Under the pieces are notes generated by a model. It searched no databases. It saw nothing but the letters and a program-made list of their open reading frames with translations, and had not been told where the DNA came from. Positions 29,339-38,335 of a stretch of 64,000 bases of DNA are shown in pieces. How positions within the stretch are numbered: the first letter of the stretch is position 1; each line of letters opens with the position of its first letter. The stretch is from an uncultured Candidatus Saccharibacteria bacterium. Lineage in GTDB: Bacteria; Patescibacteriota; Minisyncoccia; Phycocordibacterales; SIBU01. The position numbers and the translations under genes are program-made. The stretch lies in the NCBI GenBank assembly GCA_964355335.1, contig CAYHDB010000002.1, positions 3,192 through 67,191 on the forward strand. Direction: 5' to 3'.

Positions 29339-30892
29339 TTATTGTTCCTGTAAAGTTTTCGGTCTGTACTGAATCGCTTCCGCGATATGGTGTTCGTTTA
29401 TATCTTCCATCCCGTATAAGTCAGCAATGGTCCGCGCGAGTTTGATGACCCTGTGATATGCCCGACCTGATAACCCCAGATGCTCGGCCGAAGCGTTCAA
29501 GACTTTGGTGACCTTGTCATCAAGTTTTACAAGTTTTTCAATGTCGCGGGCATTCATATGACTGTTGCAATCAATATTTCTTTTGGCCTTTTTGAAACGG
29601 TTTATTTGCACATCTCTTGCCCTGATCACCCTCTCTCTAATTTTGTCCGTAGTCTCTGCGCTTCCGGCATCGGAAAGTTTCTTATGCGATATTCTGGGTA
29701 CCTCAATCCAAATATCAATACGGTCGATAATCGGACCGGATATTTTATCTCGATAACGTTTCAATGCTATCGGTGCGCAGATGCATTCCTTTTCTTTCGA
29801 GCCTAGGTTTCCGCACGGACAAGGATTCATTGCAGCTATAAGTGTAAATCCAGCAGGAAACTCTGCTGTACCTTTTGCTCGTGATACAGAGACAGTCCTT
29901 TCTTCCAGGGGTTGCCTAAGTGCGTCAATGGCTCGACGGTCAAACTCTGCAAATTCATCCAGGAAAAGTACACCGTGATGGGCCAATGTTACTTCTCCGG
30001 GTTTTGGTGTGGCACCTCCCCCGACAAGTGAAACATATGATGCTGTGTGGTGAGGAGATCGTATTGGCGGTTCCGATACCATCGCTCCTTTTAGAATACC
30101 CGCCACAGAATGGATGGCAGTAATATCAAGTATTTTTTCAAAAGTTAATGGAGGGAGTATGTGGCAGAATGCTCGGGCTAGCATTGTCTTCCCTGTGCCC
30201 GGCGGTCCAAACATCGCGATGTTGTGACCTCCTGCGGCGGCAATTTCTAGGCCACGCTTAGCTGTTTCTTGTCCCTTGATGTCGGAAAAATCAACATCAT
30301 ATTCCCCCATTAATTTTTCAATGGGTGTTTTTTCTGTAATCGATAACCTAGATTCGATAAGTTCCGAGTTATTTAATGATTCAAGGTGGTCAATTGTTTG
30401 TTTCAAACTTTTCACCCCGTATACCTCTATGCCGTCGATAAGTGACGCCTCCGGCGCGTTTTCTTCCGGCACATAGATTTGGGTGAAGCCTTTATCCTTT
30501 GCGATTCTTGCAAGTGGTAATACCCCGTTTATCTTGCGAAGTTTGCCATCAAGCGAAAGTTCACCAAGAAAAATTTTGTGCTCTGCATCAAAGTCTGTTT
30601 CTTCCGAGGCTTTCAGATACGCAAGAGCGATGGCCAAATCGAAAATCGGACCTTCTTTTTTTACATCAGCCGGAGCAAGTGAAATGGTTATCTTTTGGTT
30701 TTTCTGTTTTGGCGATTTGAAACCGGAGTTTTTTATTGCCGCCGCTACCCTGTCGCGGGATTCCTCTACCCCCTTGTCTGGTAGACCTACTATCGAAAAA
30801 GCATGAAGACCTTTTGAGAGGTCCACTTCAACTGTGATAGGTTGTGCCGAAAGAAGAGTTGTTTGAGCGCTATAGACTTTGGCGAAGCTCAT
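29339..30892 (-). CDS. comM: ComM/YifB Mg-chelatase-like AAA ATPase
   Basis: IVGLPD...ESRDRV, GPPGTGKT, RSPHHT, LAHHGVLFLDE, AMNPCPCG. Confidence 0.93.
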   Translation of the reverse strand: MSFAKVYSAQTTLLSAQPITVEVDLSKGLHAFSIVGLPDKGVEESRDRVAAAIKNSGFKSPKQKNQKITISLAPADVKKEGPIFDLAIALAYLKASEETDFDAEHKIFLGELSLDGKLRKINGVLPLARIAKDKGFTQIYVPEENAPEASLIDGIEVYGVKSLKQTIDHLESLNNSELIESRLSITEKTPIEKLMGEYDVDFSDIKGQETAKRGLEIAAAGGHNIAMFGPPGTGKTMLARAFCHILPPLTFEKILDITAIHSVAGILKGAMVSEPPIRSPHHTASYVSLVGGGATPKPGEVTLAHHGVLFLDEFAEFDRRAIDALRQPLEERTVSVSRAKGTAEFPAGFTLIAAMNPCPCGNLGSKEKECICAPIALKRYRDKISGPIIDRIDIWIEVPRISHKKLSDAGSAETTDKIRERVIRARDVQINRFKKAKRNIDCNSHMNARDIEKLVKLDDKVTKVLNASAEHLGLSGRAYHRVIKLARTIADLYGMEDINEHHIAEAIQYRPKTLQEQ

Positions 30893-30896
30893 GACT

Positions 30897-31031
30897 AAAT
30901 AACTAATAACTTATAACTGAATGACTGAATAACAAAGAAAATAACAGAAAGACTGACGCAATAACCGTGATTGACTAAATTTGTCGTTTCCTGTGTCATT
31001 CAGTAATGAGTAATTCAGTTATTAGTTATTC
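30897..31031. repeat. AACTGAAT/ATTCAGTT inverted short-unit repeat
   Basis: AATAACTAATAACTTATAACTGAATGACTGAAT...GTCATTCAGT...ATTCAGTTATTAGTTATT. Confidence 0.65.
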
Positions 31032-31033
31032 TG

Positions 31034-31396
31034 TTAGTCCATGTGCTTAATACACGTAGTCGCCGCAGGGTTCGCTTCGAGTCGTTCATCTTCGATGCGC
31101 TCGCCTCCGGTCTCGCAGATGCCGTATGTCCCCTTCTCGACTCTCTCCAGAGCTTTTTTTATTTCATTAAATCTGATTTCCAGTTGCTTAAGGATGCCTG
31201 TATTTTCTTCGTAGGATTCAATACTGTCCGCCACTTCGTTTGAATCCGAGGCCATTGTATCCATTTTATCGGGCTTCGCCTCCCAGTCTGCCGGGTTTGA
31301 AGGGTTTCTCTGGCCGATGCCTTTCAATTCTTTTTCCACCGTTATTAGTTCCGCTCGGAGTTTTTCTTCAAATTTCTTTGTGTTTATTGTGGTCAT
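31034..31396 (-). CDS. DksA/TraR family protein
   Basis: Coiled coil followed by GTYGICETGGERI..ERLEANPAATTC. Confidence 0.85.
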   Translation of the reverse strand: MTTINTKKFEEKLRAELITVEKELKGIGQRNPSNPADWEAKPDKMDTMASDSNEVADSIESYEENTGILKQLEIRFNEIKKALERVEKGTYGICETGGERIEDERLEANPAATTCIKHMD

Positions 31397-31416
31397 GGAT
31401 TTATTCTATCAATAAA

Positions 31417-31523
31417 TATACGAAAATACGAATGGGTACGGATATACGAACATATACGAAAACCCTACTGCCCCATTTCTTTTTTCGTATTATTTCGTAT
31501 ATTCGTGGAGCAATTTTCGTATT
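31417..31523. repeat. TACGAA inverted-array repeat
   Basis: Multiple TACGAA units followed by TTCGT units. Confidence 0.85.
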
Positions 31524-32436
31524 ATTGAACTAGTCTTTCTGCGAAAAGCCTGTCGGTAATTTTTTGTAAAGTGTCCGCATTTGTTGTGATGACAATCGTA
31601 TTTTTGTCCGGGAAGGAATATAGAAACACAATTTGCCCCTCAGAGTTTTTCAGTGCTCGCGTGTCTCGATTCTTGACCAGTATGTCTACAAAGGAGTTAT
31701 TTCTGTCCAATATCTGGTCGGTGGTTGAGGCGTATTCCGTTGGCGATGGAGGTATAAAGATTGCTCCCAAATCATCCTCCAAAGTGCTCTCCCACGCAAG
31801 CATTCCAGCAAAAGCATTTTGATAATAACCGGTTTTTAATATGAGAAATGGTTCATTTACATTTTGCGCATGAATGCCGAAAAGGAAACTGTCCGACAGC
31901 GAGCGTACAAGTTCGTTTGGAGCACTCGCGTTTATCCTATCAAGAAATACTTTTGTAGTTATTGGTTTTGCTGTTTCCCCTGCTCCGTCTACCAATCTTA
32001 GCGAAAGTATGGATGACAGTGTTACATTTTCTTCACTTACAGATTTTTTAAGGATTGAAACCATTTGATCTCTCCCAAAGCCGGCAACATTTAAATTCTT
32101 TTCCTTATCAGTGGCGATAATTTGCGGTTCAGGCTCTATCAACGGTACTGGTTTTTGTTCTGCGGTACGGAAGAAATATAAGAAACCGAGTGCAATCAGG
32201 CCAACAGTGATTAGCCCAACACTTAATTCGACAATAAAACGTGTTCGTTCCGGCTTTTCCGGCTCATCGAGCGTGAAACCGTTCTTAATACGTCTATCGT
32301 TTTCAGCGATAGCAATTTTGGAGAGTGATCCCCCACCTTCTTTTATCGCATCTTCCACGTCGCTTTGAAATGTGCGAATGTTGTGAACGGACGAGGGACT
32401 TTGAGAAGGTGTTTGAGGATTTTCTTCGGGAGGCAT
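31522..32436 (-). CDS. CPR conserved single-TM hypothetical protein
   Basis: IRTFQSD N-terminal motif, one TM helix, AFAGMLAWE. Confidence 0.65.
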   Translation of the reverse strand: MPPEENPQTPSQSPSSVHNIRTFQSDVEDAIKEGGGSLSKIAIAENDRRIKNGFTLDEPEKPERTRFIVELSVGLITVGLIALGFLYFFRTAEQKPVPLIEPEPQIIATDKEKNLNVAGFGRDQMVSILKKSVSEENVTLSSILSLRLVDGAGETAKPITTKVFLDRINASAPNELVRSLSDSFLFGIHAQNVNEPFLILKTGYYQNAFAGMLAWESTLEDDLGAIFIPPSPTEYASTTDQILDRNNSFVDILVKNRDTRALKNSEGQIVFLYSFPDKNTIVITTNADTLQKITDRLFAERLVQ

Positions 32437-32475
32437 CTGAATATTGTCGCAGAATTAATGCATAACGGCAAATGA

Positions 32476-32706
32476 AAACCGTCCCGATATTCATCGGGAC
32501 GGTTTCAAGATCTATTATCCGTGCAAAATACCCCGAAGCTCGATTCGGGGATGAATGCGGGATAATTGGGAAGGGGGTCGGGGAAACGGGAGTTCCCCCG
32601 TAGAGGAGAGCAACGAGTCTGCGAGAGTTGAGAACCGAGAGGTTCTCAAAAAACTCTGCTCGCCTAATACCCCATCAGCTTTGCTGCGGGGGTAGGACGA
32701 GCGAGT
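32476..32706. repeat. Terminator plus stacked REP-like palindromes downstream of pnp
   Basis: AAACCGTCCCGAT/ATCGGGACGGTTT; TACCCCGAAGCTCGATTCGGGGAT; GGGGAAAC..GTTCCCCC; GAGAACC..GGTTCTC; TACCCCATCAGCTTTGCTGCGGGGGTA. Confidence 0.55.
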
Positions 32707-34845
32707 TTATTTCTGTGGAGCCTGTGGCGGGGCCGGTCGCTTAATGAAGTTCGGATCCGCATCTTTGATTGAGAGTTTGATACGTCCTCTTTCCGCATCA
32801 ATTTCTTTTACAATTACGGGAACTTTGTCACCAATTTTGAGCACGGTTTCAATACGGTCAATTCTAAATGGTGCCACTTCCGAGATGTGTACGAGTCCGT
32901 CGGTGCTTCCACCGATTGAAACGAAGGCACCAAACTCAGCAAGTTTGACCACGGTACCGGTGAAACGCTCTCCCGGCTTGTATTCATGAGTCATGCTTTC
33001 AATGATTTTCTTGGCCGCTTCCGCTGTGCCATTTTTCCCTGTGATGAACACTGTACCATCATCCTCAATGTCGATACCGTCCACACCTGTATTGTCTCGG
33101 ATTTCATTGATTGTCTTTCCTCCCGTTCCGATTATCAATCCTATCTGGTCCGGTTTGATCTTGATGACCAAAATCTTCGGGGCCTTCGGTGAAATGTCAG
33201 CGCGCGGAGCACCTATCTCAGTTTCAATCACTTCAAGGATTTGCAGACGAGCTTGTTTAGCTTTTTCAAATGCTTCTTCCAAAACATGGAGAGGAATGCC
33301 GTCAACTTTCACGTCCATTTGTACTGCAGTGACTCCTTTCTTTGTACCAGCGACTTTGAAGTCCATATCACCATGGTGGTCCTCAGGTCCCTGAATGTCT
33401 GTCAGTACTTTATATTCCTTTGCAGTTTTCATCATCAATCCTGATGCAATACCCGCAACCGGAGAAGTGATGGGAACTCCCGCATCCATAAGAGCCAGTG
33501 ATGAACCGCACACACTGCCCATCGAAGTCGAGCCGTTGGAAGCGAGTGCTTCGGAAACAATTCGGATGGTATAAGGAAAACTTTCTTTCGGAGGCAAGAT
33601 TGGCAACAAGGCTTTTTCAGCCAACGCTCCGTGGCCGATCATTCTGCGATTTGTGGAACCAATACGTCCTGTTTCTCCTGAAGAAAATGGAGGAAAGTTG
33701 TAGTGGTGCATAAAACGCTTTTTTGTTTGCAATTCCATACCATCAATCACCTGCGAATCTCCCGGACCTCCGAGAGTAAGTGCAGAGAGGATGTGTGTCC
33801 CACCGCGGTAGAAGATTCCTGAACCGTGAAGAATTGGTGATATTCCGCCAGCCTTGGCGAAAAGAGGACGAAGCTCGTCCATTTTTCGATTGTCAGCACG
33901 CTTTCCTTTTTCTATCGCCTCAGAATGGAGGATTTCATTCACTTTGTCTTCGAAGACCGAGTCGGCAAGAGACGGCTTCACTTCAGGAAGTTTTTCTTTG
34001 AAAAGAAGCATCCACTCTTCCTTGAGCTTATAGATTGCCTCATGTCCGGGTTTTCCTGACATTACGTGTTCGTGCATTTTCTTCTCAATGTTTCCGGCAA
34101 ACAATTCAGACAACTCTTTCGGGATTTCTGGAGCTGGAATAGCTTTTTTCTCCTTTCCAATTTCCTTTATTATCTTTTCCTGCCAGGTTTGCAGTTTCTC
34201 GATTTCCTCACTTCCCTTTTTGAGAGCATTCATCAAGATTTCTTCAGGGATTTCCTTTCCACCGATTTCTATCATATTTATATTGCCGTCTTTTCCGCAC
34301 GCTAGAACATCCGCGTCGCAGTTTTCCGCGTCTCGAAGTTTATAGATTGGGTTTACAATCATCTCATCCTTGCCTTTCTCGATTCCTACTCGAACCGCGG
34401 AGACGGGTCCCTTCCAAGGGATATTTGATGTTGCGAGTGCGAGTGAAGCTCCGATTACACCCAAGACATCCGGGTCATCCTCTTCAATAGAGAGAACCGT
34501 GATTACTACTTGTACTTCGTGACGGATGTATTGTTCGAAAAGCGGTCGGATCGTACGGTCGACAATTCTTCCCGAAAGGATAGCTTCGTCTGTCGGACGT
34601 CCTTCTCTGCGGACAAAACGGCTACCAAGGATTTTGCCTCCCGCATAAAAGCGCTCTTCGTAGTCGACAGTCAATGGAAACCAATCCCCTCCTTCCTTCG
34701 CGCCTTTTGACATTACTGCCGTCGCGAGGATGACGGTATTGCCATAACGAATCATTACCGAGCCGTTGGCCTGTTCGGCTAGGTCGTTAAACTCGGCTGT
34801 CAACGTCTTCCCGCCCAATTCTATTGAATATTCTTTTTTCTTCAT
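32707..34845 (-). CDS. pnp: Polyribonucleotide nucleotidyltransferase (PNPase)
   Basis: FPLTVDYEER, HHYNFPPFS, SNGSTSM, GDMDFKVAG, KH and S1 domains. Confidence 0.97.
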   Translation of the reverse strand: MKKKEYSIELGGKTLTAEFNDLAEQANGSVMIRYGNTVILATAVMSKGAKEGGDWFPLTVDYEERFYAGGKILGSRFVRREGRPTDEAILSGRIVDRTIRPLFEQYIRHEVQVVITVLSIEEDDPDVLGVIGASLALATSNIPWKGPVSAVRVGIEKGKDEMIVNPIYKLRDAENCDADVLACGKDGNINMIEIGGKEIPEEILMNALKKGSEEIEKLQTWQEKIIKEIGKEKKAIPAPEIPKELSELFAGNIEKKMHEHVMSGKPGHEAIYKLKEEWMLLFKEKLPEVKPSLADSVFEDKVNEILHSEAIEKGKRADNRKMDELRPLFAKAGGISPILHGSGIFYRGGTHILSALTLGGPGDSQVIDGMELQTKKRFMHHYNFPPFSSGETGRIGSTNRRMIGHGALAEKALLPILPPKESFPYTIRIVSEALASNGSTSMGSVCGSSLALMDAGVPITSPVAGIASGLMMKTAKEYKVLTDIQGPEDHHGDMDFKVAGTKKGVTAVQMDVKVDGIPLHVLEEAFEKAKQARLQILEVIETEIGAPRADISPKAPKILVIKIKPDQIGLIIGTGGKTINEIRDNTGVDGIDIEDDGTVFITGKNGTAEAAKKIIESMTHEYKPGERFTGTVVKLAEFGAFVSIGGSTDGLVHISEVAPFRIDRIETVLKIGDKVPVIVKEIDAERGRIKLSIKDADPNFIKRPAPPQAPQK

Positions 34846-34959
34846 TGTCTAATAGGCCTTCAGATTTTAGGTTTCGAATGTAATTCGAAAACTACCTATC
34901 CAAAGGCCAGTTATAATAATAAGGACACTTTAGCAGAATTATGTTCCTTTGACTATATA

Positions 34960-35003
34960 CAAAACAACCCCGCCCCGACTAAGGTCGGGGCGGGGTTGTT
35001 TTG
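34960..35003. terminator. Strong hairpin/terminator
   Basis: CAAAACAACCCCGCCCCGAC-TAAG-GTCGGGGCGGGGTTGTTTTG, a 20-bp perfect stem. Confidence 0.7.
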
Positions 35004-35012
35004 ATTTAACCT

Positions 35013-35588
35013 CTATTCATTCGCCACAGTTCTTTGAACGGGACGTTCTCTCCTCGGTCCCACAGATCCCATAAGGTATTTGCGAGGATTTTGGTCTAGG
35101 TCGATAAACTCATCTGCGGCTTCCTTGAGTTTCCCGGATGCTGATTTCCCGAAGGTGACCACTTCTACCTGACATCCTTCGTGTACCTGAAGATATTCTA
35201 CGAGCGGTACGAAGTCCCCGTCTCCCGATACTAGGATGACAGCGTCCAATTTTGGTGCGAGTTTGATTGCATCTACCGCAAGTCCTACATCCCAATCTGC
35301 TTTCTTGGCTCCACCGGCAAAAATCTGCAAATCTTTGGTCTTCGCCTCAATACCCACTTTTTGGAGTGCCTCAAAAAAGTTTTTTTCGTCCCCTGATTCG
35401 GTAGTGATGACGTAGGCAACCGCGCGAATAAGCGCACGTCCCGCTAAGGCATCCTTTACTACTTGTCCGAAGTTCACTCGCGCGTTATATAGATTACGCG
35501 CTGTGTGATAGAGGTTTTGTGTGTCGATAAAAATCCCGACACGCTGTTCTTTATGTTTTATAACACCCATAAAAATAGTTTCCACCAC
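35013..35588 (-). CDS. NYN (LabA/DUF88) domain protein
   Basis: FIDTQNL, KADWDVGLAVD, SGDGDF. Confidence 0.9.
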   Translation of the reverse strand: MVETIFMGVIKHKEQRVGIFIDTQNLYHTARNLYNARVNFGQVVKDALAGRALIRAVAYVITTESGDEKNFFEALQKVGIEAKTKDLQIFAGGAKKADWDVGLAVDAIKLAPKLDAVILVSGDGDFVPLVEYLQVHEGCQVEVVTFGKSASGKLKEAADEFIDLDQNPRKYLMGSVGPRRERPVQRTVANE

Positions 35589-35659
35589 CTTTTAAGTGGT
35601 TTCAAAATTAACTTATTAAAATCTAAATAAAGTATATCACGCGAGTGCGTGGTATACGG

Positions 35660-35929
35660 TTATGCTTTCTTGATTTCGAGCTTTCTCAAAACAGAGTTGT
35701 AACGCTTGGTGTCCTTCTTTTCTAGGTATTTCATATGGGTTTGTCGGTCGGCAACCATAGAAAGAAGACCTCGGCGTGAGTGCTTGTCTTTGTCGTTTTT
35801 CTTCAAATGAGAAGCTAAAGCCTCGATTTTTTTGGTAAGTAGGGCAATTTGCACTTCTGAAGAACCGGTATCCTTGTCGTGAACGGCAACTTCTTTGATA
35901 ACACGTAATTTTTTGGTCTTTGTTAACAT
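35660..35929 (-). CDS. rpsO: 30S ribosomal protein S15
   Basis: DTGSSEVQIALLT...HL..N.KDKHSRRGL; start MLTK at 35929. Confidence 0.97.
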   Translation of the reverse strand: MLTKTKKLRVIKEVAVHDKDTGSSEVQIALLTKKIEALASHLKKNDKDKHSRRGLLSMVADRQTHMKYLEKKDTKRYNSVLRKLEIKKA

Positions 35930-36031
35930 GGCGGAAATGATAGCACGAAAGCTTATGAAATGCAAGCACTAAAATAATGCAAAATTACAGCCATATTTAG
36001 GCCAAAATGGTGATATAATATTGTGCGACAT

Positions 36032-36976
36032 ATGACCTCTGAATTAGAAAAGCTAAAAAGGCAGTTTCTCGAATATATCGAGATAGAAAAGGGCCGTTCA
36101 GTGAAAACTGTTGAAAATTATGACCATTATCTATCTCGGTTTTTCGGTTTTTTGAAAAGCGGTGATCTGAAAGACATCACCGAAGACTCTGTTCGGGAAT
36201 TCCGGTTGTTTTTGAACCGGCAGATGACTGGCCACGGCAAAAAAAGGCCGGAAGACATTTTGCCACTCAAGAAAAAAACTCAAAATTATTATCTAATTGC
36301 CCTTCGGGTGTTTTTGAAATTCTTGACAAGGCGTGGCATTTCCGCGATTTCGGCCGAATGCATTGAGTTGGCTAAGGTCGGAGAGAGGCCTCTTGATTTG
36401 ATCTCCGATGAGGAACTCAGACGACTTTTGGACGCACCGGACGTGGCGACTCTTCAGGGGCTTCGCGATCGCTCCATTCTCGAAACACTTTTTTCCACCG
36501 GTCTGCGCGTGTCCGAATTGTGTTCTCTGCCGCGCGAAATAGACCTTTCCAAAGACGAATTTTCGGTGCGCGGCAAAGGCGAGAAAGTCCGGGTGGTCTT
36601 TTTTTCTCCCGAGGCCAAAAGTGCCATTCGCGCCTATCTTGCCAAGCGAAAGGATTTCGATGACGCTCTTTTTGTTCAAGTACCCGGCGATTTCCGCAAG
36701 AAGGGGGGCGTAGAGCCGGACTCATTGCGCCTTACTGTCCGTTCGGTGGAACGGGCGGTGCGTCGCGCCGCCATCATGGCTGGAATTTCAAAAAAAGTCA
36801 CTCCCCATGTCATTCGCCATTGTTTCGCCACCGACTTGCTTAGTAATGGTGCCGATTTACGTAGCGTTCAGGCTCTTTTGGGTCACGCAAACATTGGTAC
36901 GACCCAGATATATACGCACGTGACTGACAAGCACCTGCGTGAGATACACAAAAATTTTCACAACAAGCATAAATAA
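36032..36976 (+). CDS. XerC/XerD-family tyrosine recombinase
   Basis: TGLRVSEL, GKGEK, TPHVIRHCFAT, LLGH, TTQIYTH. Confidence 0.93.
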   Translation: MTSELEKLKRQFLEYIEIEKGRSVKTVENYDHYLSRFFGFLKSGDLKDITEDSVREFRLFLNRQMTGHGKKRPEDILPLKKKTQNYYLIALRVFLKFLTRRGISAISAECIELAKVGERPLDLISDEELRRLLDAPDVATLQGLRDRSILETLFSTGLRVSELCSLPREIDLSKDEFSVRGKGEKVRVVFFSPEAKSAIRAYLAKRKDFDDALFVQVPGDFRKKGGVEPDSLRLTVRSVERAVRRAAIMAGISKKVTPHVIRHCFATDLLSNGADLRSVQALLGHANIGTTQIYTHVTDKHLREIHKNFHNKHK

Positions 36977-37006
36977 AAAGTCCCGCATATGCGGGACTTT
37001 TTATTT
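36971..37006. terminator. Bidirectional terminator
   Basis: AAATAAAAAGTCCCGC-ATAT-GCGGGACTTTTTATTT between convergent genes. Confidence 0.75.
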
Positions 37007-37322
37007 ACTTAGCGAGAGTTAGAGAATAGTCTTCCCCACCACTCTTAAGTTCGTATTGGAATACACTAGGGTCAAGCGGTCGGCTCCTGATATAACCTTC
37101 AGACTCTAGAGTATCGATAAGAGCTTCACCTCCGGAAACATCCGGATAACTGTCATGGTCCATATAATAGATTTCCATAACGGTGGCGAGCTGATGCACG
37201 TTGGCTCCATTCACCGAGGCCTTGGCCTGATCGATAATATCATCAGTTTTAAGCATTACGCCATTCACGAGAAGCACTGAACCGAGAACAGAGGCAATAA
37301 TGGTTGAAAGTAATTGTGTCAT
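37005..37322 (-). CDS. Pseudopilin GspG-like small protein
   Basis: Hydrophobic N-terminus, then LATVMEIYYMDHDSYP...YI...PLDP...Y.L. Confidence 0.55.
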   Translation of the reverse strand: MTQLLSTIIASVLGSVLLVNGVMLKTDDIIDQAKASVNGANVHQLATVMEIYYMDHDSYPDVSGGEALIDTLESEGYIRSRPLDPSVFQYELKSGGEDYSLTLAK

Positions 37323-37430
37323 ATAGTTTTGAGTTGGATTTAGTCGTCTAACTCGACCAGTATATATTAGCACATTTGTACCTGTCTGTCAATGATTAGA
37401 AAACCTTTAGTTTCTGGTAATATTTTAGGT

Positions 37431-38255
37431 ATGAAAATCATCTCTTGGAACGTTAATGGTATTAGGGCGGTGGCAAAAAAGAGCTTATTTATGCCGTTTA
37501 TTGAGAAATACCAGCCGGATATTTTGTGCTTACAGGAGACAAAGGCTCAAGAGCTCGAATCTCCCATTGATTTACCGGATTATGAGGAGTATTGGAACTC
37601 GGCTGTTAAGAAAGGTTATTCCGGTACGGCGATTTTTACTAAAACGAAACCTCTATCGGTGGTGAACGGTTTACCTGAAAAAATTATCAAAAAATTCGGC
37701 CCGCTTGCTGACAAGTACGGTGACCCCGCGACTGAAGGACGTGTAATTACTGCGGAGTACAAGGATTTTTATATTGTCACTGTTTACACTCCGAACGCTA
37801 AAGATGATTTGAGCCGTATTTCCCTTCGTCACAAGCATTGGGACCCAGCGTTTCTCGCGTATTGCAAAGAGCTTGAAAGAAATGGTTCGACCGGCTCACC
37901 ACAAGGCAAGCCGGTGATTTTCTGCGGAGATTTAAACGTTGCTCACACACCAGATGATCTTGCTCGTCCGAAAGAAAATGTCGGTTTGAAAGGATTCACC
38001 ACGGAAGAACGCGCGGGTTTCCAAGCTTTCATCGACGCGGGTTTCATCGACACTTTCCGTCTTTTTCACAAAGGCAACGGTCACTATAGCTGGTGGTCCC
38101 ATTTTGCGAACGCTCGCGAGAGAAATGTGGGGTGGCGTATAGACTATATTCTTGTTTCTGAGTCCCTAAAAAACAAAGTAAAAAAGGCCGATATTCTGCC
38201 TGAAGTTTTCGGCTCTGACCATTGTCCGGTTTCATTAAACTTCGACTTAAAGTAG
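37431..38255 (+). CDS. xth: Exodeoxyribonuclease III
   Basis: SWNVNGIRA, LQETK, GYSG, GDLNVAH, GWRIDY, SDHCP. Confidence 0.96.
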   Translation: MKIISWNVNGIRAVAKKSLFMPFIEKYQPDILCLQETKAQELESPIDLPDYEEYWNSAVKKGYSGTAIFTKTKPLSVVNGLPEKIIKKFGPLADKYGDPATEGRVITAEYKDFYIVTVYTPNAKDDLSRISLRHKHWDPAFLAYCKELERNGSTGSPQGKPVIFCGDLNVAHTPDDLARPKENVGLKGFTTEERAGFQAFIDAGFIDTFRLFHKGNGHYSWWSHFANARERNVGWRIDYILVSESLKNKVKKADILPEVFGSDHCPVSLNFDLK

Positions 38256-38335
38256 GAGGATTGGTTTGAACACTTCGACCTTTTGCGTGAAAGGCGAACA
38301 CTCTATCTGACTATGATACCCTTTATGCTCTCTCA

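Noticed and set aside
36032-36976. Tyrosine recombinase as prophage integrase or integron integrase
   Set aside because: Looks like a chromosomal Xer next to rpsO; no IntI-specific insertion, phage genes or clear attC array seen
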